A stretch of DNA of 63,527 bases, counting the filler, from Reticulomyxa filosa (Eukaryota; Protista; Foraminifera): NCBI GenBank assembly GCA_000512085.1. It is 17 parts of 17 records of this genome, joined end to end, with 100 filler letters (N's around TTAATTAATTAA, not from the genome) between each part and the next. Parts side by side here need not be neighbours in the genome. Positions count along the whole stretch, not along the records: positions 47,066 to 50,182 come from ASPP01032783.1; positions 50,283 to 54,018 come from ASPP01035149.1; positions 54,119 to 55,907 come from ASPP01011802.1; positions 56,008 to 62,409 come from ASPP01005737.1; 13 more parts are not named here. The stretch is one strand, 5' to 3'. The notes under the pieces are model-generated. The model worked only from the letters and a program-made list of their open reading frames with translations. It did no database searches and had not been told where the DNA came from. Position 1 is the first letter of the stretch, and each line of letters begins with the position of its first letter. A program made the translations under genes and the position numbers. Below are positions 48,202 to 60,983 of this stretch, piece by piece.

Positions 48202-49870
48202 TTATTCATCACTCCAGTAATCCACACTAAAAAGTTTGCGGATTCCCCATACTTCGGATTTCTTTGGTTGTTTTTTTCTTTGCTGTTTTCTTTTGAGCCT
48301 CAATTTCACCAAATGTTTAATCTTCGTTATCTTTTTCTCGTTCTTTCTTCTCTCAGATTCTAATTCTTCAAGGGAACTAGTGGCAAGTTGCAAGAACTGT
48401 TGTTGGGTCCCATCAAAGCATTGTGAGATCAAGAGCGAATCATACTCTCTGTCTTGAAGCTCTTCAATACCTGCACATAACATATTTTTACATAACAAAA
48501 AAAAAGTTCGATTTTTTTCAGTTTCAGTAGTATAATTTTTTTGTTTTTTTTTTGCTTTCGCTCCTGTACCTGCTAAAACAAGACCAACAAAAATGTTCGC
48601 AATAAACATGGCAATCACCACAAAATAAACTACGAAATAGACAGCATATATATATCGCGTAGACAATACGTATAAATACATGATCGAGCTCCAGCCCTGT
48701 CCGACCATAACCTCGAGCAATGTTAGCACTGCATCAGGAAACGTTTGAAAGAAGCCGCCCGAAGGTTTTTGTGAATAAGAATCGGGCAAAACAATTTTTT
48801 CCTTGTCAGCAAATAGTGTGGAGCCGATACGTGCCCACGTGCAAACAAAGGCGATTGCAACCCCCAGCAAAGATACAAAATTTGGAATAACGGTATATAA
48901 AGACAGCACAAGTGTCCGATTGACCAACAAAAGCGTGAACACACGTGTTAGCACTGGCATATGTAACCAAAAGCGCAAGAGTGAGTGTTGTGAAGAATCA
49001 GCGATCAACACAGCCACAACAATAATCAAACTCACGCTTGCCCACCAAAGTTCGATGCGATTCACCCATGTCAGTCTTTGGCGATCCCAAATATTCTTTT
49101 TTTTTTTTTAAAAAAAAAGGATAGATAATAACAGTCACAAAAAAGTAAATATGTATATGCATATATGTATATTTATATCATACCAAAGGTTGCCTGGGTT
49201 TTACTTTGGCTGCTGCCCACTGATAGTCATCTGCCGTAACGTGAATATATCCAAAGCCATCGTCACTTTCACCGATTCTTTCACGCCAAATTTGATTGGA
49301 AACTTGGATAAGCAATGGATCTGGTTGGTTGACCATATCGACAAAGCGCAAGTAGCCAAACACGTAACAACGTACATATATTTCAATCAGATTGACGACA
49401 AAAGCATAGATAGCGACGGCATCCAATGTCTTCCATTGCAAAGGAGCCAACTGATACAAAGAGACAGTGAATAGTGCCGGAAGTACTCCAAACCAGAACA
49501 CGAACATTCGATAGTGTTCAGAACGGAACCAATGTGTTTCTACATAAGCCCTCCATCTCGAGGAGCTATATTGTATGTCTCTTTTTTTAAAAGAGTTGAA
49601 CAGTTCTTGTTTCCGACATGGCACCAATGAAGTCCTCCAAATCGATGCTATTGTCACTTTCATCTTGGAGGTTGCCAATATTGAGTTGTCCCCACAGATC
49701 ATGTTCATTTGCTTGCGTGGAACTTCGAACGAGATTTTCAAACTCTACTCGAGAAGTGTCCCCACTTTGATCCAAGTTCAAACAAATGCACTTACCAATG
49801 CATTGATTCGTTTTTGTTCTCTTTTCTGTTGCGTTGCTGCCCTTGCCACTTTGAAGGATGCCTCGAAAGA
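48202..49870 (-). CDS. Two-pore-channel (TPC)-like cation channel, EF-hand linker plus second 6TM domain (partial)
   Basis: EF-hand-like LDQSGD...EFE and DESDNSIDLEDFI. Pore region FQTFPDAVLTLLEVMVGQGW; S6 YFVVYFVVIAMFIANIFVGLVL; C-terminal coiled coil. Confidence 0.72.
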
Positions 49871-52189
49871 GCAATTACTTCAACAGTTGTCACAGTCTCA
49901 ACAAGTTCATTTTCTTTTTTCCACCTCTTATCATTATTATTATTATTATCTCTTATTATTATTTTATAAAAAATATAACAAACAAATAACAAAAACAAGC
50001 ATTAGTTAGAAGATGAAATGAATCTAATAAAAGTGTCTCTCAAAAAAGAGCAAGAGCAATGGAAAAATGAAATTATGAAACAAAATGAAGAAGTTAAACA
50101 GTCCAAAACACAAAAAAAAGTGCAGCTTTTTTAAATAGATAAATAAATAAAATTGGCACTTGTCCTTGATGAATTGACTATGNNNNNNNNNNNNNNNNNN
50201 NNNNNNNNNNNNNNNNNNNNNNNNNNTTAATTAATTAANNNNNNNNNNNNNNNNNNNNNNNNNNNNNNNNNNNNNNNNNNNNTTTTTGCGATTTCTTCTT
50301 CCAGCACTTCAGACTTGAGCTGTTGATTTAGGTCTTCGATATTGAAATCGAACAGCGGTATTGTCAGCAAAGGAATGGAGATCCATGGACGAAAAGGTTT
50401 ATTGTTGGATGGACAAGAGTTAATGTTTTAAAATATACATTTCCAAAGTCATTTGATATGCATCTTTTTGCTTGTTAATTCATTCCATATTGTTGGATGG
50501 GAATACTCTTGCAAGATATCTGTTTCCACAGAAATAAGTTCGATTGATCCCATTTGATGTTGGATTTGCTCATCCAGGCATGATAGTATTTGCTTCGATA
50601 TTTTTGCATGTGTCTTCTTCTTGTTCTTCAATTGCGATTCCATTACTTACATCACCTGTGGACTTATAGCGTTCCAGTGGCTGTAAAAAAAACCAAAAAG
50701 ACAAATTAATTCAAATTGTTTAGAAAGAAAGACAAAAATAATCAACGTCTTTTAACTGCAATCTCCTTTCAAAGGCATCCAAATCATTTCCTGCCAATCT
50801 TGCTTGACAAATAATCCAATCGCCAATCAAATTGCAATATGCTACAAATTTTAATATTTCCACCAAATCAATACGACGACCATACCAATTGTATCTAGGA
50901 AGTGTTTCCATACCATACACCTCTGATATTGACATTTGGAATCACATATATAGCATAGCCATAAATACATGTAAAAGGCGGCGATAAAAATTTAAACCAA
51001 GTTATGTGCGTTGATAAATTGGAGTGAATTGAATGAAGATAGCACGTTCTAATCTGAGTACTGCTGTGTGATTTCGAACACATAACAATCTATTGTCACC
51101 TGTGTTTCGTTTCATAAATGTTCATACCATTCGTAGGCTTGATGAAACTCAGTTAACAACTTTTAGGAATTATTGTGTTGATCTTCTTTATTCATATTGT
51201 CTCTCGTAGAGTTTATACTTCCTGCACGATTCATTGTAAGCGGTCACATTCCTTGATAATAATCCACTAATAATATTGATATGTATGTTTGCCTCTTTTT
51301 CCCTTAATCTACTCTTTTTTATTTTCTTCTTCTTCCTCTTTCTATTTCTTTCATTCCAAACCTAAGGTAAATCATTCTACAATTAAATGATCAATGTTCA
51401 CATTGTTTTTGGTCAAGACATTTCACAACAACTGAAAATATTATAAAAATAACATATACCTTCAAATAAAGCTGCTATCCTTCGTGTTTGGTTATTTGTC
51501 ATTTGCATGCATTGTCTTGATGTTGGTGATATGTATTTTCTGTATTGAGCTCGAATAATGGCAAGACTACGTGCAACGATGTAATTCTCCACAAAATATA
51601 CATTTACTTGAATATTTCCTCTTTTCTTTGCCAATCACATATACTTCATCAAAACTCTGATAAAGATATTCTTCCTAGATTGTATTTATCATATTAATTG
51701 ATTTGGAGCTTACAAACAATCTATCTTTGACATGTGATTGAGATAGACCAAGAAAAAACCAACTGGACAACCATACAATTGATTTACATAGATTTGATTC
51801 ATATTTTCACTGTTATTTTTAATTGCTTGTGATCTTGGAAATATTTTAAGATTAGAAATTCAATTGTAAATTGCTTCTTGGATGCCAATAATCAATTCAT
51901 AAAGTCGATTCCAATATTGATGAACATGACCCCAATTCACTTGTTTGCTGGCCTTGTTAATATGTTGACTGGATATGTCCAATATTTGACTATTTGTGTC
52001 AACACAATTTGGAAATGAAGGAATGCGAGCAGCTCTGTTGCTATTCAAGAAAGAAGGTTGCATTCACTCCAGTACACACTTGTTCCAAACTCACTTACAC
52101 ACACAAAGAAAAAAAAATTACTTAACCAATGCTGCCATCCCGCTCGGGATCATCAGTTTTTCAAATAAAAATAAAAAATTAAAATTTCA

Positions 52190-52990
52190 AATATAACTTT
52201 TTTTTCCTTTATACTCTTTTTTCTTTTTCTTTCTTCATTATTTTCTTTTTTCATTTTTTTTTTCTATCACTTTGTTCTTTTTTCTTTTCTTTTTACGTAC
52301 TTTTTTTTTCTTTTTTATACTTTTTCTTTTTTAGTGTCCTTTTTTTTTTTTTATTTATTCTTACATTTCTTTTCTTATAATACTTTTTTTTTTTCTTCAA
52401 CCCTTTTTTTTATTATTACATTTTCCCCCCTTATTAGCAATTTTTTCCAACTACCCATTTCAAGATAATACATACGCTCGCGTCGAACCTATTTGCACAA
52501 ACAAACAAAGTTACATTTAAACAACAGTCAAAAAAAATATATTTATAACTATTATTTGTGACTTTGTCTGTATTTCCATTTTTTTTTTCCTGTGAAGACA
52601 CTAACAAATTTTTTTTGTTTTAGGGAGGGGAACAGATAAATACATAATATATGTTTTTCTTTGAGGGGAACCTATTGAATCACAAACACAATAACATTAT
52701 ATAACAAAAGAATATACACATATATAAATATAAAAATCACATACCATTCTTCATTATTTAGGACACGGGGTAAAGTTCAACCCCTTATTCTTTTTTTCTT
52801 TTGTGTGAAGGGAAGGGGAATAGATATTGTAACGTTTTTGCGGACGGAGGAACCTATGTTAACAACACAAAACACAAAACACTTAAACATATTTTTTTTA
52901 AAAAAAAGACAAATAAAACAAACCATTATTTCTCCTTTCGGAGACGGGGGTGGTTTCTACCCCGTATTTTCTTTTTTTTTTCCATTCACT
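52190..52990. repeat. Dispersed non-coding repeat, copy 2
   Basis: Same architecture as 45660-46480, with TCTCC-TTTC-GGAGA and GGGGG..ACCCC hairpins at 52931-52963. Confidence 0.6.
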
Positions 52991-54118
52991 TCATCCACAA
53001 TTTGCACAATCATTGCTCAATCTATACACGTGACAATTAAAAACATATGTTTATGTTATTATCACAATAAAAAAAAATAAAAATAACTTGACATGACCAC
53101 ATATGTCACGTTTTGATTTGGAGCAGCTTTATTTGTTTGGTGATTATCCCCATAAATGATTTGCAATGTTGTCAATTGTAGTATGAGCAGGATCAGTTTG
53201 TGGATTTAATCGAGTGTGCGACGCTGGCTTTGTGGTCATTCGTGCAATATGTGAGTTGATAGTAATAAGTGGTATTGGAGAGACCATGCCTTGGGGAAAA
53301 TAGCTCTGATGTGCAAAAAAGGATCTGTATCACCACTAACTTGCAATTTAATTGCTAGTCAGTTGTGTTGCAATATCCTCATTTGCGCCAACAGCGCTTC
53401 TTCCACCTTAAAGGCAGGTGCTGCTCCATGTGATGACGATTGACCTTTTCATTAAAATTTCCACTACCAATTGCAGCTGCTCGGGTCATATGTCAAAGTC
53501 GTCATTGTCGTTATTTTTGTCCTTGTCGTCCATGCTCCATTTTTTGCGCAACATCTACGACATATACAAATTTTTTTTTTGTTGTTTTAAAAAAAAAAGA
53601 TGTAAAAAAAAAAAGAACGAAACGTTGAATTATTGAACAGCATTTGAAAAATATTGCTTGCTGATTGACTTGTGAGTTGGAGAATATCGACTTGTTGGTG
53701 CAGGGCGAAGTTTCAAGTGTTGGCAATAATATCTTGTACGTGACGTTGGACTTTGCATAATTTTGAAATTGTAATTTTTTTTTTATTGGGGCACGAAATA
53801 TTATAAATGTGAAATTACTTCGCCTGAAAATAACATTGAGAACCAAATTCGGCGTTCGTGCAATCGTGGAGCAATTGATCACAAGCCATGTATCGGATAC
53901 CATATTCGCTCCTGGCTTTCCAAACAATTTGCACCATCTATTCACCAGTTGTGTGCTTGTCATCGCCATTATAACCGCTTCTACTTCGTTCTTGTAAATA
54001 CACTATGTTTTTTTTTTTNNNNNNNNNNNNNNNNNNNNNNNNNNNNNNNNNNNNNNNNNNNNTTAATTAATTAANNNNNNNNNNNNNNNNNNNNNNNNNN
54101 NNNNNNNNNNNNNNNNNN

Positions 54119-54385
<267 letters not shown>

Positions 54386-54393
54386 TCAACCTG

Positions 54394-55245
54394 TTACAGC
54401 GATTGTTCGGCGAAGGGCTGTCCCTTCACCAGGGCGTCGATCGCCTGCAGCGTCGCCAGCAGTTCTTTCATGCGACCCAGCGGCCAGGCATTCGGGCCGT
54501 CGGACTTGGCGCACGCCGGGTCCGGGTGGGTTTCCATAAACAGGCCGGCCACGCCGGTAGCAATGGCGGCGCGGGCCAGTACCGGCACGAATTCGCGCTG
54601 GCCGCCGGAGCTGGTGCCCTGGCCGCCGGGCAGCTGTACCGAGTGGGTGGCGTCAAACACCACCGGGCAACCGGTTTCGCGCATGATGGCCAGGCTGCGC
54701 ATATCGGACACCAGGTTGTTGTAGCCGAACGACGCACCGCGTTCGCAGGCCATGAAGCTGTCCGGGTTCAGGCCGGCTTCCAGTGCGGCTTCGCGGGCTT
54801 TGTCGATCACGTGTTTCATGTCGCCCGGCGCCATGAACTGGCCCTTCTTGATGTTGACCGGCTTGCCGCACACGGCGACGGCGCGGATGAAGTCGGTCTG
54901 GCGCGCCAGGAAGGCCGGCGTTTGCAGCACATCCACCACGGCGGCCACGTGCGGTACCTGTTCTTCGGTGTGCACGTCGGTCAGTACCGGTACGCCAATC
55001 TGGCTGCGTACCTTATCCAGAATGCGCAGGCCTTCTTCCATGCCGAAGCCGCGGAAGGACTTGCCGGACGAGCGGTTGGCCTTGTCGAAACTGGATTTGT
55101 AGATGAAGGGGATGCCCAGCGCACTGGTGATTTCTTTCAGCTGACCAGCGGTATCCAGGGCCAGCTGTTCGCTTTCGATCACGCAGGGGCCTGCAATCAG
55201 GAACAGCGGTTGGTCCAGGCCAACGTCAAAACCGGCGAGTTTCAT
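54394..55245 (-). CDS. kdsA: KDO8P synthase (3-deoxy-8-phosphooctulonate synthase)
   Basis: [60 protein letters not shown] and SDGP. True start is MKLAGF at 55245 after a GAAAGGA RBS. Confidence 0.97.
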   Translation of the reverse strand: MKLAGFDVGLDQPLFLIAGPCVIESEQLALDTAGQLKEITSALGIPFIYKSSFDKANRSSGKSFRGFGMEEGLRILDKVRSQIGVPVLTDVHTEEQVPHVAAVVDVLQTPAFLARQTDFIRAVAVCGKPVNIKKGQFMAPGDMKHVIDKAREAALEAGLNPDSFMACERGASFGYNNLVSDMRSLAIMRETGCPVVFDATHSVQLPGGQGTSSGGQREFVPVLARAAIATGVAGLFMETHPDPACAKSDGPNAWPLGRMKELLATLQAIDALVKGQPFAEQSL

Positions 55246-55265
55246 GGGGTGTCCTTTCAAGGCGA

Positions 55266-55311
55266 GGTTGGCCGCAAGTCTTGCAGGAATCTGCACGAGC
55301 TGCGGCCAACC
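55266..55311. repeat. REP-like intergenic palindrome between pyrG and kdsA
   Basis: GGTTGGCCGCA...TGCAG-GAAT-CTGCA...TGCGGCCAACC. Confidence 0.6.
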
Positions 55312-55341
55312 GTTAACAGGCGGAATCAGTCAGATGGCTGA

Positions 55342-55907
55342 TCAAGCCTTGGCTTTGTCCTGCTGGTGGGCCAGCGCTGCCTTCACGTAGGCAATGAACA
55401 GCGGGTGGCCATCACGCGGGGTGGAGGTGAATTCCGGGTGGAACTGGCAGGCAAAGAACCAGCGGTGATTGGCCAGCTCGATGGTTTCTACCAGTTTCTC
55501 GTGACCGGCGGACACGCCGCTGATGGTCAGGCCGGCATCCGACAGGCGCTGTACGTAGTGGTTGTTCACTTCGTAACGGTGACGGTGACGCTCGGTGATG
55601 ACGGTGTTGCCGTACACGCGTGCCGCCAGCGAACCTTCGGTCAGGTCGCACTGCTGGCTGCCCAGGCGCATGGTGCCGCCCATATTGGAGTTCTCGTCAC
55701 GCTTTTCGATCTTGCCGTCGTGGTTGACCCACTCGTCGATCAGCGCCACGACCGGGTATCGGTTTCCAGGTCGAACTCGGTGGAGTTGGCACCTTGCATG
55801 CCGGCCACGTCACGAGCGTACTCGATCAGCGCGATCTGCATACCCAGGCAGATGCCGAGGTAAGGGATGTTGTTCTCGCGGGCAAACTTCACTGCCTTGA
55901 TCTTGCC
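55342..55907 (-). CDS. pyrG: CTP synthase, 3' fragment (one 1-nt frameshift near 55760)
   Basis: [35 protein letters not shown] and QFHPEFTS. Confidence 0.96.
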
Positions 55908-56353
55908 NNNNNNNNNNNNNNNNNNNNNNNNNNNNNNNNNNNNNNNNNNNNTTAATTAATTAANNNNNNNNNNNNNNNNNNNNNNNNNNNNNNNNNNNNN
56001 NNNNNNNGTGTTTTCTTTACTTGTTTTCCTTTCTTGTGTTGAAATTATTTTGATTAATTTAATTTCCTTTTACTTGAGTTGCTTTTTGGAACTAAGTTCC
56101 TTTCGTATTACACTTAGTTGTTTCAATGTTCCTACAATCACTATTTTGTGTTTGTTTTACGGCCCCATTAATATGGCAGTATGCATTGCTTATGGAATTT
56201 TTAAATTTTTATCTTTCACATTTATTATATAATGAACTTGTGAGAAAGAAAAACTTTTTTCAAAAATTTTTGATTTAAAGGAAAATTTTAACACGATTGA
56301 AAATTGTTTCGATTGTAACCACTCTTATTTATAGAGTAAAATACAACAATCAC

Positions 56354-58106
56354 TCATTTCTTAAATAAAACATGCTGCACAACTCCTGAAAATGCAAATC
56401 CATCAGTTCCATCAAAACCAATAATGTTACTATATTGTGGTCTATCATTGTATGAACACAAAAACATTGGTTTTTGAGGTTTAAAAATAACAAGCGCTTC
56501 ATCTCTAGACCTAATTCCTTTTGCTTCAAAATCTTTATTAACATCTCCAGGACTTGTTGTATATTCAATTCCATTCAATACACAACTTGCTCTCATTCCA
56601 TTCATAGTGATGGATGGAGTATACAATCTAGAAGATTTAGTTGTATTTTCAACGATTATATAATATTCACAAATGATTACCACTATTTCTTTGGGCAAAA
56701 AATCACGTACAAATCCAATGACAGGAAAAAATCGTTTATCTTCGGGTTTATTTACCTGCTTTACTGTTAAAAAATGATCAATCCGTGGCATGACCCCACC
56801 ATGGACCATTCGACCATTTCTTGGCCGTGTCATAAAAATTTTTGACCAAATAAATTCTACTTCCTTTTTTTTATGAATAAAGATTTATGAATAACATATA
56901 AATACAAATATAAATACAAAACTTGACACGAATTCGTTTGAGTCCCTTCTGATACCAAAATATCTCCATTTTTGTGAGCAAAATATGGATCAAGCTTTAT
57001 TCCAATTAAATCTCCAGCTTGAGCTTTATCAATATCTTTATGCCCCTTTTGTATAGAGACAACCTTGAACGATTTTCCAAGTAAATCACCACGACGAGGT
57101 AATGTTCTAACAGTATCTCCAATCTTAACACTTCCATAATCGACACAGCCTACTACAATACGTTTTACAGTGATTCGAATTTGCATGTGAAAGGAATGAT
57201 TAATGACTCGGTTATGACGATATTGCGTGGCCATTGAGCTCAATACTGATAATGCATCAATTATTGTCTTCCCTTGAACTAATTTACAATCACTAAATCC
57301 ATAAGAACTATGCAAATCTAATTCAAATCCATTGTACCAAGGGAAATGTTTTCCATCATCTGTTTGTACAATATTTACACAATTTGGAAGAATTTTTATT
57401 GGAATTATTGGTATTCCTTTCTCCACATGTTTCAAATGTAATGTTTTTGTTATTCGAGATCGAATTTTATTCACCATTGTTTGATATGATTCCTCTGTGT
57501 GTATATTTATATAATATAAATATATATGTAAACATATGATAATGTATTATGATTTCTTTTTTAAAAAATAAAACAACTTTCTCTTAATTGGATTTTCTAT
57601 ATTCATAAAATTAATTGCCACAATCAAAGGTGGAATCATTTGATCTTTTGCTCTTTTATATACTTTCATTGCATGCCACATATTCAAAAATATATCAACA
57701 TTTTGTTGAATATCTGATTTTGTAAACCCAAAAACCTTGTCTGGAATAATCAATATTCCCATTTCTGCCATTGAAATACCACGAACTGCGCTTTTTCGAT
57801 ATCTTTTTTTCCAGGAATGTCAATCAAATTATATGATTCACTTCGATCTTTATTATAAACTACACACACTTGGCAATTCAATGTCGTGCGTCTAATTCGT
57901 GATTGCGCACTTGTATCAATGTGAAAAGCAAATGCTTTACTCTTTTCACCAAGTCGATTTGCTTCGTTTTCTAACTCTTTCATTCGTGTTTCTGTACAAG
58001 CTCCAGTTTGGTATGCAAATTGACCAATCAGCGAAGACTTTCCCGCTTGTGAAGGTCCTAGTACAACCACATTTGGCCAAGGTGAAGAAAGAGAGGAGGC
58101 GCTCAT
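56354..58106 (-). CDS. Highly divergent EF-1alpha/HBS1/eRF3-like translational GTPase, 3 exons
   Basis: NVVVLGPSQAGKSSLIG, ELENEANRLGEKSKAFAFHID, LIDIPG, IVAINFM, PWYNG, TIIDAL, VVGCVDYGSVKIGD, SIQKGHKDIDKAQAGDLIG and FKPQKPM. Apparent frameshift in the T-run near 57805. Confidence 0.8.
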
Positions 58107-58321
58107 TTTAAAAATGAAAAAGTAAAAAGAATTAAGCAAGAAAAGACTGTGAACTTTTTTTAGTTAAAAAATGCTTTTGTTTCGTTCAAATGAAACTCAT
58201 GCAATCAGATATATAACTTCGTATTTTTCCTAAAAAACAATCAATTAAATGAATTACTGCTGACAAGGAAGCACATCGAAATTTAGAAAATATATGCTGT
58301 TGTAATTGTTGCGGATGCCAA

Positions 58322-60983
58322 TCAAAAAATGGGCTTGTGGCTGTGTTTTCCTTTAAGCAAGATCTTGATAATGCCCCTGTTGAAAGGTGGATCGAAAGAC
58401 AAGGCGTTTTGCTCATAGTCATAACTAGCTCTGACAACAATCTTTGCCTTGCATGGAAGCAAAGTATCCGCAACGTGTTCACAGAGGTAATAATAGTTAT
58501 ACAAAGATGACATCAGTTGTGAGGGCGGAAGAAGCAAGTCTACTGATTGTTTGCAGCTCTCTTCATCATTTGGTAGTTTACATGAGTCGGTGGTGGCAAG
58601 GCCTTGACGCTTCGTGTGCAGTATTTTATATTCCAATTTGTATTGATTGCGATCGAAAATGATGCAATGCATACGAACACCGTTCTTACAGTCAAGAACT
58701 CTAAAGTCCAGCAAGGTTAGAATGGCAGACAATTGATGTGAGGATTCAAATGCGATTTCTGATTCGTTTGAACTGGCTGTTTCATTGCGATGGGTTTCAA
58801 AGGGATTTTTTGTTTTGTCGTCAATCCACTTGTAGAATGGCAATTGCAATCCATCAACAATGCCATTCATGTTCTTCCCCTTTTCATCATTCCTAGCATC
58901 ATTATCGTTATCATCATTGTCATCACCATAATCTTCATCTCCTCGTTTCAATCGTGTCCCCATTTGAAGGATCATCGATTGCGATAAAAGCGCATACGCA
59001 TTTGCAATGCTGCGACGATCTACTGACCTATTGCAAGGGGCTGCATCTTCATCAATGCCATCGCTTGACATTAGCAGAAGAGATTGATGAGGGTCTCTGT
59101 ACTATTCATTCCAGCCAATTTAAAAAAATAATAAAAACATTCAAAGATTGAAACTTTATATACATATTTCAAGAGTTTTCTTGTTATTTTTAGTCTAAAT
59201 ATGTTTATATTAACAAGAAGAAAGTTTGCAAAAGTATGGTTTAAATATTAGAGCCTTTAGCAAATGTATCAATATAAACAAGTGCAACTAAACCAAGGGT
59301 GCAGTAGTAATTTGCGAATTCGCAGATGATAGTTCCGACAACCCGGTCAAGGTCACGCGTGCAACTTCATTTGCGATGTTGTTGGAATGCTCATCACTGT
59401 TGCTCGCGTTCTCGCATCCAAGCGTCGTTCTATTGTCCAACTTTCTTCTTTTGCAAGGAGGGGTCTCTGCCGAAATAGACAGCCAAGTGCTCGCATTGCA
59501 AGGCGCAGTCGAAAGAGGCGGGGATGGAGGGAAGGACAAGCGATGGCCAGCATAAGGAACACTGTGGAGAAGGGGGACCGGAGGAACTGGCTCAGGAGAG
59601 TTATTACTCAATAAATCCAACGAGGGTGCCGACCCAATGGTATTGCTGTTACCCGCTCCTTCATACAATGGGCTTAGAGAGGGTAACACCTCTGGAATAT
59701 TCTCCGAGTTTCCAATCACTTTCGAATTACTCGTTGAAAGCATATTGTTTTCTTGATCTTTCTCCAACTCGTTGTTCATTGTTGAACTTTTGCGTTTCTG
59801 TTTTGTTGCCCCTTTCTTTTTTTTTAAATTTAAAAAAAATTTATTCACCCCGGATTTTCGAACATTGTTTTTTTTAAAACATTCTCTTCATTGGCATGTA
59901 AAGAAATAGGTTTCAAGCAAAACTGTGGCGGAAGGCTTCGACTGTTTGGATGTTTTGTGGAGTAGGTCTTCCATACCTTTGACACGATCGCTCAAAGGCA
60001 CGACGTATAGATTCCACGGTCTAATTTGATCAATGACTGCCTTTGGAAACAAAGAAGCGGAAGATCGATGCTTATGACAGTGCTTGATCGTGATAGAAAT
60101 AATACAATCATTGTCGCTTTCAATTCCAATGCTGGCTTTGCAATTTGGTTTTGGACGGTCTCCCCAAAACATTTTGTCGATACCTTTCGCAGTTACACAA
60201 TAAAAGTATATCATCTGATTCCCTGCTTTCCTGCTTTTTTCCCTCTTTGCTTATACAAATATCCGTCGTGATGTATGAACGGATATTTTATCGCCTTCAC
60301 TAAGCTTACGCTCCAAAGTTGGAAACGGTGTTTATTCTCCATTATTCGTGCAGCTGTAATTTTGCCATCACCCACTCTAATATTGCTTTCTTTTTGTTTT
60401 GTTTTGTTTTTTTACTCCCTTTTTCCTCCCTCTCTCCTCCTATCTTCAACGCTTTCTTTTTTGCGCTTCCTCTGCTGCCTCAGGTTAACCTCCTGTATAG
60501 ACTTCTGTATACACGCGGAAATGCTGAAGCGCGTCCCCATAAAGGGCCAGCAGTCGAGTCGCATCACATGTTTCATCATTTGCGTCTGAACAGTTGCATA
60601 TGGTTGACCCAAAGTTGTCATCGTTATTGTTAAGTTGAAATGGCATTGTTTCTTTTTGCTCAGCATCTTTTTCGGTTGATGCTACAGTTTGTATTCATTT
60701 AGTTGGCTGGTTGAAAATAGTACACACAGAAAATCATATATAAACTTGGTTGGAAGTAGGCATAAAGATGAAGTGAATGAAAATTATCAAAAATATTTTG
60801 AAGCTGTTCATCTGTTTCAATTTCATGACCATCACAATCAGTTATTTTTGTCAATACATTTTTTTGTTCGTTGTTTTTATCCACTTCGATAATTTGCTCT
60901 TTCAGTTCTTCAAACGATAAATTAGCCAAATGAAGTGTATATTTGTTTGAATCAATTGTCACAAAAGCTTCAATCGAGGACAT
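58322..60983 (-). CDS. Putative transcription factor: PB1/CIDE-N-like N-terminus plus two WRKY/FLYWCH-like zinc fingers (multi-exon; single-gene model is inferred)
   Basis: Finger 1: HDGYLYKQRGKK..IYFYC-x18-CKAS..HCHKH (60270-60070, 1-nt shift in an A6 run). Finger 2: YYYLC-x9-CKAK..GKHSH (58500-58335). NLS-like PPCKRRKL lies in a Pro/Ser-rich linker, and compatible GT-AG joins exist. Confidence 0.55.

Noticed and set aside
57800-57812. Programmed ribosomal frameshifting at A/T runs (also near 18195, 27920 and 60238)
   Set aside because: Single-base shifts in homopolymers recur throughout, and the bacterial contigs also carry 1-nt shifts. Sequencing error is the simpler explanation.
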